In this document: piece by piece, positions 54,737 to 64,000 of the stretch
How positions within the stretch are numbered: position 1 is the stretch's first letter
How the letters are laid out: each line of letters begins with the position of its first letter
Source of the DNA: Candidatus Moraniibacteriota bacterium
Lineage (GTDB): Bacteria; Patescibacteriota; Minisyncoccia; Moranbacterales; UBA1568
NCBI GenBank assembly: GCA_016699975.1
Contig: CP064994.1
Coordinates: 257,222-321,221, forward strand
DNA length: 64,000 nt
Direction: 5' to 3'
The notes under the pieces: model-generated
What the model saw: only the letters and a program-made list of their open reading frames with translations
The model's database searches: none
Told to the model about the DNA's origin: nothing
Translations under genes and position numbers: made by a program

Positions 54737-57658
54737 ATGTTTAAAAAAGTCGATGCAAACGTTTCGTTTCCGAAACTCGAAGAAGAACTCCTTCAGTACT
54801 GGGATCGAGAGAAAATTTTCGAAAAGTCGGTGACGAATCGAGACGGTGCGAAGCGCTACAGTTTTTACGATGGTCCCCCTTTTGCAACGGGGACGCCACA
54901 CTATGGGCACATCGTAGCGAGTGTGATGAAAGATGCGGTGCCGCGCTATTGGACGATGCGCGGATTTCAGGTGGAGCGAAAGTGGGGATGGGACTGCCAT
55001 GGACTTCCGATCGAAAACATCGCCGAAAAGGCTCTTGGTATTACGCGAAAGAAAGATATTGAGGAAATGGGCGTCGAAAAATTCAATGCGTTTTGCCGCT
55101 CGACGGTGCTTCGCTATGTCGACGAATGGAAGCGGGTGATACGGCGTGTGGGGCGCTGGGCGGACATGGAGCATGCCTATAAGACCATGGATCGGGACTA
55201 CATGGAATCGGTGTGGTGGGTGTTTCGAGAACTGTGGGACCGAGGTCTTATTTACGAAAGTTACCGCTCAATGCATATTTGTCCTCGGTGCGAGACGACG
55301 CTGTCGCAATCGGAAGTTGCCGAAGGATATAAAAATGTGAAGGACCTTTCCGTTGTTGCGAAGTTCGAGCTTGCTCACGAGCCGGGAACTTTTATCCTTG
55401 CTTGGACGACGACCCCATGGACACTCCCGGGGAATGTGGCGCTCGCTGTGGGAAATGACATTGTGTATCAGACAATTTCACTGAATGATTCTCACGAAAA
55501 ATATATTCTCGCCAAAGAACGCGTCGCTGATTTTTTTCCAGAGAAATCGTACGCTGTGATCGATGAATTCCCTGGGACCCGTCTTGTGGGGAAGCGCTAC
55601 ACCCCGCTTTTCGATGCGTACCAGAAAGACGAGAACCTCGCATATCGAGAGAATGGATGGAAAGTCTTTGTCGCGGATTTTGTGACGACGAACGAGGGAA
55701 CAGGCGTGGTTCATATCGCGCCTTCGTTTGGTGAAGATGATATGGAGCTCGGGAAAAAGGAGAATCTCCCCTTCGGTCAGCACGTGAGTATGGACGGAAC
55801 GATGAAGTCCGAGGTCGGAGAGGAATTTGCTGGGCGTTCGGTAAAGCCCGCGCACGATCCGGAGGAAACTGATGTCGAGATCGTTCGATATCTTGCGAAG
55901 CATCACCTTCTCTTTGCGAAAGAAAAATACGAACACAGCTACCCGCATTGTTGGCGGTGCGATACGCCTCTTTTGAATTACGCGACGAGCTCTTGGTTCG
56001 TGAACGTCTCGGCGATCAAAGAAAAAGCGCTTCTCTTTGCGAAAGAAGTCGAATGGGTGCCTGCTCATATAAAAGAAGGACGTTTCGGAAAATGGCTCGA
56101 AGGCGCGCGTGATTGGTCTATTTCTCGTCAGCGATACTGGGCGAGTGTTCTGCCGATTTGGAAATGCACGTGTGGTGCGCTGCGTGTTTTTGGATCGGTT
56201 CGAGAGCTCGAGGAAGCAAGTGGCAGGGAAATTCCCGACCTTCACAAAGAGGTGACCGATACTATTGTCGTTCCTTGTGAGCGCTGCACCGAGATGATGC
56301 GACGCGTTCCTGATGTGCTTGATACGTGGTTCGATTCGGGATCAATGCCGTATGCGCAGATGCACTTTCCGTTTGACAATACCGAACAGTTCGAAAAAAG
56401 TTTTCCGGCTGAATTTATCGCAGAAGGGATCGATCAGACGCGGGCCTGGTTCTACTATCTCCATGTAATCGCGACCGCCCTGAAAGAGAGTCCGGCATTT
56501 CGGCATGTGATTGTCAATGGTATCGTGCTGGCGGAAGATGGCAAAAAAATGTCGAAAAAATTGAAAAACTATCCCGACCCGATGCTTCTTTTTGACCGCT
56601 ATGGTGCGGATCTCGTACGGCTCTATCTTCTTTCGTCACCGGTTGTGGCTTCGGAAAACATGATCTTTTCCGAAAAAGAAGTTTCGGAACTCCAGAGAAA
56701 CGTCTTCCGAATGCTCTGGAACTCGTACTCGTTCTTTGTGACGTACGCAAATGTCGATCGATGGGATCCCGCGCGCGAGACATCCGCGGCGCCCGCAAAC
56801 GAAATGGATCGGTGGATACGCTCTGAGGCGCAACTTCTCATCGAAGAAGTGAAGAGCGCCATGGAATCGTACGAACTCAATAAAGCAGTGCGTGCGTTTG
56901 CGCCGTTTATCGATCGTCTTTCTAATTGGTATATTCGTCGAAGTCGCAAACGGTTCTGGAAAAACGAAAATGATATCGAGAAAGAGTCGGCGTACAGGAC
57001 GCTCTACGAAGTGCTCATCACTCTTTCGAAACTGATGGCTCCCTTCACGCCGTTTCTTGCGGACGAGATCTATCGGAATTTGACTGGAGCCACCTCTGTT
57101 CACCTCGAAGATTTTCCGAATGTTGACGAACATTTTGTTGATCGGGACTTGACCGATCGTATGCGCCGCGTGCGCGCCCTTGTTTCGATTGGTCTTGAGA
57201 AGCGAGTTGAAGCGAAGAAAAAAGTGCGTCAGCCGCTTCCTTCTATCACGATTCGAGACGCTTCGCTCGGTAGTGAACTTATGGAAATTTTGCGGGAAGA
57301 ACTCAATGTAAAAGCGGTGTTGATCGACGAAAATCTCTCAGAAGCACTCGTTCTTGATGCACAGCTCACGCCTGAACTTGTCTTGGAAGGCGAGGCGCGG
57401 GAAATCATTCGCGCGATTCAGGAGGGACGAAAGAAGGCGGGCTTCAAAGTGGAAGATCGAATCACGATTGGATACGCCGGAAAAGAATCGGTGTTTCGGG
57501 GCAATGAGGGCGAGAGGCTTTCTGGATATTCGGATATGATTGCAAAAGAGGTTCTCGCGACCGATGTGAAACCGGGTGCTCTTTTGAACGCGGACTTCGA
57601 AGAAGAAGTGATGATTGAAAAAGAGCCGTTTCATTTTTGGTTAAAACGGATGGAATGA
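54737..57658 (+). CDS. ileS: Isoleucine--tRNA ligase
   Basis: HIGH motif PPFATGTPHYGHIVASV, a CP1 editing domain, KMSKS variant KMSKKL and a zinc-finger-like C-terminus. 973 aa, intact. Confidence 0.9.
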   Translation: MFKKVDANVSFPKLEEELLQYWDREKIFEKSVTNRDGAKRYSFYDGPPFATGTPHYGHIVASVMKDAVPRYWTMRGFQVERKWGWDCHGLPIENIAEKALGITRKKDIEEMGVEKFNAFCRSTVLRYVDEWKRVIRRVGRWADMEHAYKTMDRDYMESVWWVFRELWDRGLIYESYRSMHICPRCETTLSQSEVAEGYKNVKDLSVVAKFELAHEPGTFILAWTTTPWTLPGNVALAVGNDIVYQTISLNDSHEKYILAKERVADFFPEKSYAVIDEFPGTRLVGKRYTPLFDAYQKDENLAYRENGWKVFVADFVTTNEGTGVVHIAPSFGEDDMELGKKENLPFGQHVSMDGTMKSEVGEEFAGRSVKPAHDPEETDVEIVRYLAKHHLLFAKEKYEHSYPHCWRCDTPLLNYATSSWFVNVSAIKEKALLFAKEVEWVPAHIKEGRFGKWLEGARDWSISRQRYWASVLPIWKCTCGALRVFGSVRELEEASGREIPDLHKEVTDTIVVPCERCTEMMRRVPDVLDTWFDSGSMPYAQMHFPFDNTEQFEKSFPAEFIAEGIDQTRAWFYYLHVIATALKESPAFRHVIVNGIVLAEDGKKMSKKLKNYPDPMLLFDRYGADLVRLYLLSSPVVASENMIFSEKEVSELQRNVFRMLWNSYSFFVTYANVDRWDPARETSAAPANEMDRWIRSEAQLLIEEVKSAMESYELNKAVRAFAPFIDRLSNWYIRRSRKRFWKNENDIEKESAYRTLYEVLITLSKLMAPFTPFLADEIYRNLTGATSVHLEDFPNVDEHFVDRDLTDRMRRVRALVSIGLEKRVEAKKKVRQPLPSITIRDASLGSELMEILREELNVKAVLIDENLSEALVLDAQLTPELVLEGEAREIIRAIQEGRKKAGFKVEDRITIGYAGKESVFRGNEGERLSGYSDMIAKEVLATDVKPGALLNADFEEEVMIEKEPFHFWLKRME

Positions 57659-57818
57659 TCATTCGATCCAAGTGTCGTTTCGGAAGAGAGAATATTGAAG
57701 AAGTTCGGAGCCAGGACAAAGAAGACCAGCGTTTTGTTGCTCGAGCGAAGAAGAGGAATACTTTTGCTCGAGCAAAGAATCCGCGTTCGGGCGACTGTTT
57801 GATCCATCTTTTTTTCTC

Positions 57819-58565
57819 ATGGAGTTTTCGTATACCGCTATTGTTTTAAAGAAACGTGATATTGGGGAAACGGATCGATTGTATTCGTTTTTTACGGCGG
57901 AGGGAGGGAAGGTGAAGGCGGTTGCGCGCGGCGTTCGCAAACCATCGGCGAAACTTGCGGGGCAGCTCGAGACCCTTACTTTGGCGAGTGTGTCAGTGAT
58001 GCGCAGTCGCGGACGGGGAAACGTCGTCGGTGCCGTTTCGGAATCACTGTTTCACCGGGTACGCGAATGCGAGGAAGCACTTCGCACAGCCCTTCTAGGC
58101 GTCACTGTTTTTGATCGACTCGTTGAAGATCACGAAGTTGATCGTGAGCTTTTTTTTCTTCTCCTCGGATTTTTGCGATCCCTCGATATTGTGAGCGCGC
58201 TTCCTGCCGAAACAAAAGTGCAAGAAGAGCGTCGAGGTGAAAAAATTTTTCTGTTGTCGCAGGGATTTTTGTGGAAGGTCCTCTCGAGGCTTGGCTATGG
58301 TGTCGAGCTCTGGCAGTGTGCCGTGGGACACGAACCACTCCTGGCGGGAGATTCGCTTGCATTCAGTCCTGACGCGGGTGGAGCGGTGTGCGGGGAACAT
58401 GGCAGTCGCGCGCGACTTCGATTTCCTTTCTCGGAGAACGCGGTAAAATCGCTCAGGATTTTCCTCTCTCACGACTTGCCCCTTCTTCCCAAGCTTTCCC
58501 TTGATGCGGAGACGAAAGGAATGCTTCGCGGAGCCTTACGCGGGTTTCTCGACTGGGTGCGATGA
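57819..58565 (+). CDS. recO: DNA repair protein RecO
   Basis: N-terminal OB-fold (AIVLKKRDIGETDRLYSFFTAEGGKVKAVARGVRK) and a C-terminal helical domain with Cys residues (...CAVGHEPL...AVCGEHG). Confidence 0.8.
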   Translation: MEFSYTAIVLKKRDIGETDRLYSFFTAEGGKVKAVARGVRKPSAKLAGQLETLTLASVSVMRSRGRGNVVGAVSESLFHRVRECEEALRTALLGVTVFDRLVEDHEVDRELFFLLLGFLRSLDIVSALPAETKVQEERRGEKIFLLSQGFLWKVLSRLGYGVELWQCAVGHEPLLAGDSLAFSPDAGGAVCGEHGSRARLRFPFSENAVKSLRIFLSHDLPLLPKLSLDAETKGMLRGALRGFLDWVR

Positions 58566-58668
58566 CTTTTGAGAGACTCGCTCGAGTTTCGGAAAGTGAT
58601 ATACTAGGGGGAGTCATCCGTTTTTGTTTCGCGGTACGACGAATCTTTTTCATGTATTGTTTTGTTCT

Positions 58669-60573
58669 ATGGGTCTTCATGATCTCGAAAAGGAGTTGCA
58701 TCGCCACGAAGGAGAGATGCGCGAGGCGCATCCGAAGAGCGAGTTCGATCCGATGAATACGGAAGCGGTGCGGGATGACCGACTTTCCCTCAAGACACCG
58801 TGGAATGCTTCGCGGGAAAATTTTTTCTTGAAGAACCGATCCATTCTCCAAAAAGCCGCGATCGCGGTCGGCGCATTTGTGGTCTTTATGGTGATTGTGG
58901 GGAGTTTCATCCGCATCCAGCGCTCGCTTTTTTCGGAATCTCGCGTGAGCGTTTCCGTGACAGGCCCTCAAAATGTGAACAGTTCTGATCTCTCGCGGTT
59001 TACTCTTTCTTATGAGAATGCCAACCGAGCGGCGATTCACGATGCGCAATTGGTAGTTTCCTATCCACCGAACTTTAAACCCGAAGGAAACGATAATGTT
59101 TTTCGAAATGATGCTGTTTCGAGTTCGGTGACGATTGGTGAGATTCCGGGCTTTGGGAAAGGAACATATTCTTTTTCGGGAAAATTTTACGGCTCCAAAA
59201 ATTCGGTGGCCTATATTCGCGCAACTCTCAGATACAAGCCGAAAAACCTGGAATCCATTCAGATTGCTGAAGGTCAAAAAAGTGTGAACCTGCGTACATC
59301 TTCGCTTACGATCGATATCGAAGCGCCGCTTTCGGTACCTCCCGAAGGCGAGGCGAATTATTTGGTGAGTTATGCCAATGCGAGTGACACGCCGCTTTCC
59401 AACATTCGTCTCAAGGTTCGGTATCCGGATGGGTTTTCGTTTCTCGAAGCGGCGCCTCTGCCTTCCGAAGGCGAGAGTGTGTGGTATATCGGAAATATTC
59501 CGGTCGGAGGAAAAGGCGTCGTGCGTATCACGGGACGCCTTCCCGGTGTGCCCGAGGAGAACAAGGTGTTGCAAGCTGAACTCGGAACGTTTCAAGGTGA
59601 CAATTCTTTTTTGTCGCTCAGTATGAGCGAGCGTCGCACAAAAATTATCGCGCCGCCTTTTGGCATCACCCAAACGCTAAACGGTTCCGCTCCTGTTTCG
59701 ATAAACCCCGGCGACGACATTCGCTATCGAGTGCTCTTTAAGAACAACAGTCCGGTTCGCCTGCGTGACACTATCGTTACAGTGGAGCTCGACGGTGACG
59801 CACTTGATTACGCGAGACTGAATTCGGAAGGAGGCGCCTATGATAGCGCCCGAAAGGTGATTATCTGGAAAGCGTCGGACGTTTCGAGTCTCGCGAATCT
59901 GTCTCCAAACGAAACGGGAGAAGTGAAATTTTCAGTTCCGGTTCGCGGCGATCTCATCCCTGAGTCCGCTGCTTCAAAAAACTTCCGTATTCGGACAACG
60001 GCAAAAATCGACAGTCCCGACGTGCCGAACCCGTCGGGCGCGAACAAAATTGTTTCGACAAACACGGCCAATGTGAAAGTGAATTCGCGTCTCATCCTCG
60101 AATCGCGAGCCGTTCGTGAGGACAACAAAATTTCGAACAGCGGCCCCATTCCGCCCAAGGTAGGAGAAGAGACAACGTATACAATTCGTTGGCTCCTCTC
60201 CAATACGACAAACGATGTGACAGGAGGGGAGGTGTCCGCGAATCTTCCTACGGGTGCGCGGTGGACGGGGAAGACATTTCCTTCGAGCGAGTCGATTGCG
60301 TACAACGAGCGAACGAATCGTATCGTCTGGAATGTGGGGACCATGGGAGCGGGAGAAGGAATTCTCTTTCCGAAGCGTGAAGTGCGCTTTCAGGTTTCCG
60401 TTCGACCGGAAGTGAATCAGATTGGATCAAACGTGCCTCTTCTCGGTGTGTCGACCGCGAAGGCACGTGACATTTTTACGAATGAAATATTGCAAACTTC
60501 GGTCACTGAGAAAAGTTCGAGTGTGACTGACGACAGTTCGGTTTCTTCGAACGGGTACAAGGTGGTGCCGTAA
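58669..60573 (+). CDS. Membrane-anchored cell-surface protein with repeated DUF11/CARDB-like beta-sandwich domains
   Basis: A short cytoplasmic N-terminus and a single TM helix (AAIAVGAFVVFMVIVGSFI) are followed by about 560 extracellular residues. Modules recur every roughly 110-120 aa (...PGFGKGTYSFSGK..., ...GGKGVVRITGRL..., ...PNETGEVKFSVPV..., ...GAGEGILFPKREVRFQV...). Confidence 0.55.
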   Translation: MGLHDLEKELHRHEGEMREAHPKSEFDPMNTEAVRDDRLSLKTPWNASRENFFLKNRSILQKAAIAVGAFVVFMVIVGSFIRIQRSLFSESRVSVSVTGPQNVNSSDLSRFTLSYENANRAAIHDAQLVVSYPPNFKPEGNDNVFRNDAVSSSVTIGEIPGFGKGTYSFSGKFYGSKNSVAYIRATLRYKPKNLESIQIAEGQKSVNLRTSSLTIDIEAPLSVPPEGEANYLVSYANASDTPLSNIRLKVRYPDGFSFLEAAPLPSEGESVWYIGNIPVGGKGVVRITGRLPGVPEENKVLQAELGTFQGDNSFLSLSMSERRTKIIAPPFGITQTLNGSAPVSINPGDDIRYRVLFKNNSPVRLRDTIVTVELDGDALDYARLNSEGGAYDSARKVIIWKASDVSSLANLSPNETGEVKFSVPVRGDLIPESAASKNFRIRTTAKIDSPDVPNPSGANKIVSTNTANVKVNSRLILESRAVREDNKISNSGPIPPKVGEETTYTIRWLLSNTTNDVTGGEVSANLPTGARWTGKTFPSSESIAYNERTNRIVWNVGTMGAGEGILFPKREVRFQVSVRPEVNQIGSNVPLLGVSTAKARDIFTNEILQTSVTEKSSSVTDDSSVSSNGYKVVP

Positions 60574-60690
60574 ATCGTGCCGAGATCTGTGCTCATGGAT
60601 CTGTGAAGGGGTTCAAATTTCGAAAGTGAGGAAAAAGATGCGATGGAAGGAATACGGAAGGAATGACGAGCAGTTTTTTCTGGAAACGGT

Positions 60691-61812
60691 ATGCATAAAG
60701 AGATTCTTTTTCCGAGCAGCACCGGCCGACGAAAAATTGTGCGCACGGCACACGGTACTCTCGAGACGCCGTTTTTCATGCCGGATGCCACTATGGCGGC
60801 GGTGCGTGGCATTGAGCCTCAGGCGATACACGAAGCGGGTATCGAAGCGATCGTCGTCAATACATATCATCTTTTTTTGCGTCCCGGCGCTTCTCGCATC
60901 GCGCATTTCGGAGGAGTGCATGAATTTATGAAGTGGCATCGCCCGATTCTTTCAGATTCGGGTGGATACCAAGTGTACTCTCTCATCCACAAACATCCTG
61001 ATTCGGGAAATGTTTCCGAAGAAGGAGCCGTGTTTCGTTCTCCGCTTGATGGATCCACAAAACTTTTGACGCCGGAACACTCGATCGACATTCAATTCGA
61101 ACTCGGTGTGGATATGATGGTGTGTCTCGATGATCCGCGCCCCAATGATACTTCCCGAGACGATCTTGCTCGGGCTGTCGATCGGACGATTCGTTGGGCT
61201 GCGCGATGCAAAGCTCGTTTCGAAGAGCGACTTACGAAACATCCTCAAAAAATTCGTCCTCTTCTTTTTGGAGTGATTCAGGGGGGGATGGAAGCGGATC
61301 TCCGGGCACGGTGTGCCGAAGCGCTCGTCGACATCGGGTTCGACGGCTATGGATTCGGCGCGCGTCACCTGGATATGGAAGGGAACTTTTTGGAGGACAT
61401 CGTCCGCGAGACGGCGAAAAGTATTCCCGACTCCTCGCTTCGTTTCGCACTTGGCATTGGGACGCCGTCGGACATTGTACGCTCTTTTGCTCTCGGATGG
61501 GACATGTTTGACTGCGTCATTCCGACGCGCGAGGGGCGTCATGGTCGAGCGTTCCTCCGGAATCGAGGCGTGCCAATTTCGGGCGATTTTTATCATGCCG
61601 AAAACATTTCGGCAGAGCGCTTTTCGGAAGATCGGTCGCCTCTTGATCCTTTCTGTGGCTGTCTTGCTTGTTCGGCAGGCTTTTCACGCGGATACATACG
61701 ACATCTTCTTGTCGGGAAAGAGCCGCTCGGCGCTCGTCTTCTTGCGATTCACAATCTCTTCTTCTACGCCGATCTTCTTCGGGAACTCAAAACGAGCATT
61801 GAAGCATCGTGA
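60691..61812 (+). CDS. tgt: Queuine tRNA-ribosyltransferase
   Basis: ...HGTLETPFFMPDATMAAVRG..., ...DCVIPTREGRHGRAF... and zinc-site cysteines CGCLACSAGFSRGYIRHL. Confidence 0.85.
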   Translation: MHKEILFPSSTGRRKIVRTAHGTLETPFFMPDATMAAVRGIEPQAIHEAGIEAIVVNTYHLFLRPGASRIAHFGGVHEFMKWHRPILSDSGGYQVYSLIHKHPDSGNVSEEGAVFRSPLDGSTKLLTPEHSIDIQFELGVDMMVCLDDPRPNDTSRDDLARAVDRTIRWAARCKARFEERLTKHPQKIRPLLFGVIQGGMEADLRARCAEALVDIGFDGYGFGARHLDMEGNFLEDIVRETAKSIPDSSLRFALGIGTPSDIVRSFALGWDMFDCVIPTREGRHGRAFLRNRGVPISGDFYHAENISAERFSEDRSPLDPFCGCLACSAGFSRGYIRHLLVGKEPLGARLLAIHNLFFYADLLRELKTSIEAS

Positions 61813-62092
61813 CTGTTCGAAAGAATTTTTGTTGCTCGCTCACATGACGGGAGACATTTTATTGAGGGAGAAAACGCGGTATACTGAAGCGGTAACGAGT
61901 AAGGAGTTGTGAGCGAGAATTTATTTCAGAAATTTTTCATGATCTCCTGTTTGTCTTTGTTGCTTCTCACGCTCTCTGCAGGATCGGAGTATCATGCTTC
62001 ATTCTAAGCTTTCACTCATTTTCTGTTCTTGATCGAAAAGTGCACTCAATGACTTTCGTTTTTTCTTTCTCTTACATTTTTCTCAAAAAAAT

Positions 62093-62836
62093 ATGGATAC
62101 CAAACTTGCAGGGAAAGTAGCGATTGTGACGGGAGCAGGCCGAGGAATTGGGAGAGGCATCGCGCTTTCTCTCGCGAAAGAAGGGTGCAACGTTGTCGTC
62201 TCCGATCGAGACGAAGAAACAGCTGTTGAAGTTACCGAAGAGGTTAAGGCAATCGGAGTTTCTGCCCACGCGGTTCCCTGCGACGTTTCGCGCGCCGAAG
62301 CGGTTGCGCGGCTTTTCTCGGAAGCTGTATCGACCTTTGGCCGTGTGGATGTGGTCGTCAATAATGCCGGCATCTTTCCGTTCACCTCTTTGTCTCACAT
62401 GACGGAGTCGGATTGGGATACGGTGCTCGACGTGAATGTGAAAAGCGTTTTCTTGACTTCAAAAGAAGCGGTGAAGGTTCTCCCCGACGGAGGACGAATC
62501 ATTAGTATTTCTTCCATTGCTTCTCTCATTGGCTTTGCGGGACTCACACACTACTGTGCTTCGAAAGGCGCAATAAATGGATTTACGCGCGCTCTTTCTC
62601 TCGAACTTGCCCCGCGAAAAATTACCGTGAATGCGATTGCGCCGGGGTCAATTGATACGCCTGGCACCTCCACTGTTTCAAGGGAAGTGATCGAGCAATC
62701 GCTTGCCATGGTGCCAATTGCGCGGCAGGGGACACCCGAAGACATTGCGGCCGCCGTAGTTTTTCTCGCTTCTGAGGCGGCAAGTTACATAACGGGTCAG
62801 GTAATAACTGTGGATGGCGGGTGGACCGTGCGCTAG
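62093..62836 (+). CDS. SDR-family oxidoreductase (3-oxoacyl-ACP reductase FabG-like)
   Basis: Cofactor motif TGAGRGIGRGIA, NNAG and the catalytic YCASKGAING triad region. Confidence 0.7.
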   Translation: MDTKLAGKVAIVTGAGRGIGRGIALSLAKEGCNVVVSDRDEETAVEVTEEVKAIGVSAHAVPCDVSRAEAVARLFSEAVSTFGRVDVVVNNAGIFPFTSLSHMTESDWDTVLDVNVKSVFLTSKEAVKVLPDGGRIISISSIASLIGFAGLTHYCASKGAINGFTRALSLELAPRKITVNAIAPGSIDTPGTSTVSREVIEQSLAMVPIARQGTPEDIAAAVVFLASEAASYITGQVITVDGGWTVR

Positions 62837-62953
62837 TTTTTTTCACTTGTTTTTTTTGATCACCCGGCTCTCCCGAGATCTCTCTCGGGAGATTTTCTTT
62901 GACACTTTTCCTGCGAAAATATAGGATACACATACAGAATTTCGCATATATCT

Positions 62954-64000
62954 ATGGAGAAAGATCAGGCCAATTCAGTCTCGCTCGAAAAAATAGTGGC
63001 GCTTTCGAAGCGTCGCGGATTCATCTTTCCCGGCAGCGAAATTTATGGCGGATTCGCGAATTCCTATACCTACGGTCCGTATGGAGTTTCTCTCAAAAAC
63101 AACATCAAAAAACTCTGGTGGAAAATGTTTGTGGAAGATCGCGAAGATATCGTTGGTATTGATGGACCTATTCTCCTTCATCCGAAAGTTTGGGAAGCCT
63201 CTGGTCATACGAGCGGGTTTAACGACGCGTTGGTTGATTGCAAAGAATGCAAGAAACGCTTCCGTCCCGATCATTTAGTCGAAGAGGCGACCGGGGAAGA
63301 CTTGGAGGGACGTCTCGACGATATGAAGCGCGTTCTTGATGAGCGTATCAATTGTCCTTCGTGCGGCAAACGAAATTGGAGCGCCGTTCGAAACTTCAAT
63401 ATGATGTTTCGTGTTCCACTCAATACGACGGGGAGCACTGATGAGGAAATCACCTACCTGAGGCCCGAGACCGCGGGCGCCATTTTTATTGAATTCAAAA
63501 ACGTCTTAGACAGCATGCGCGTCAAGATACCGTTTGGTATCGCGCAGATCGGCAAAGCTTTTCGAAACGAAATTGTTGCGGGAAATTTCATTTTTCGTCT
63601 CCGGGAACTTGAACAAATGGAGATTGAATATTTTATTCGTCCGGACGCTGAGTGGGAGCCGCTTTTCGAGGCATGGCTTTCGCTTCAAGAATCGTTCGCG
63701 ATGGCGCTTGGCGCGGCTCCCGAAAATCTCCGACGCAAAGAACATCCGAAAGAAAAACTTTCGCATTATTCGCGCAAAACGACCGATATTGAATTTCGCT
63801 ATCCTTTTGGGGGCTTTAAAGAACTTTTCGGACTTGCGCACCGTGGCGATTTCGATCTCAGGCGTCACGCCGAAGTTTCGGGTCAGCCGCTTGAATACTT
63901 CGACAGTGAAAAAATGAGCGCTTCGTGCCACACGTGATCGAACCCACATTTGGTCTCGACCGAAGTATTTTGGTAGCACTTCTCTCTTCCTATACGGAAG
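62954..64000 (+). CDS. glyQS: Glycine--tRNA ligase (dimeric GlyQS type); 3' end beyond the window; frameshift near 63905-63915
   Basis: ...RRGFIFPGSEIYGGFANSYTYGPYG... (class II motif 1), ...FRNEIVAGNFIFRLRELEQMEIEYF... (motif 2). After the track stop at 63937 the protein continues in the +1 frame (ERFVPHVIEPTFGLDRSILVALLSSYTE). The shift is at an A6 run. Confidence 0.8.

Noticed and set aside
1-64000. CRISPR arrays and rRNA genes
   Set aside because: No regularly spaced direct repeats of 24-40 bp and no rRNA-like conserved blocks were found. The only short tandem repeats are the 13- and 14-bp duplications noted in the findings.

Overview
This 64-kb window reads like a chromosomal segment from a small-genome, Patescibacteria (CPR)-like bacterium (this is inferred from gene content; no database search was possible). 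Overall GC is about 50%. Protein-coding density is high, and most genes are housekeeping: ruvA (partial), a FemAB-family gene, murE, an FtsEX-like ABC pair, xseA/xseB, korA/korB, dus, mnmA, mutY, lgt, rplT, rpmI, infC, smpB, argS, ileS, recO, tgt and glyQS (partial). The single recognizable RNA gene is a tmRNA (ssrA) on the minus strand next to smpB. It has a G3-U70 acceptor stem, a GAUUCGAC motif and an in-frame tag ORF.

Three regions stand out. (1) The SUF Fe-S cluster operon is split. rrf2-sufC-sufB-sufD-sufS and a methyltransferase lie at 22.9-28.6 kb, while sufU, a ferredoxin and a sufT-like gene lie at 15.0-16.0 kb. Between them sits an apparently inserted module: a CsoR-like repressor, a membrane fusion protein, a heavily frameshifted RND pump, a DUF2892 protein and a decayed IS30-family transposase. 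(2) An AT-rich island at 48.3-51.2 kb carries a truncated XRE regulator and an ABC-2 exporter with two permeases. It abuts a poly-G low-complexity block at 51.17-51.43 kb that looks like an assembly artefact or junction. (3) A gene at 28.77-29.49 kb has atypical composition (GC3-rich) and no recognizable function.

Probable T-box leaders precede ileS (good motif; specifier AUC) and possibly argS. At least 13 genes, several of them essential, are interrupted by frameshifts, mostly at homopolymer runs. Systematic homopolymer sequencing error is the likeliest explanation. Genuine decay is plausible for the efflux/IS island. No CRISPR array, rRNA or convincing tRNA was found.
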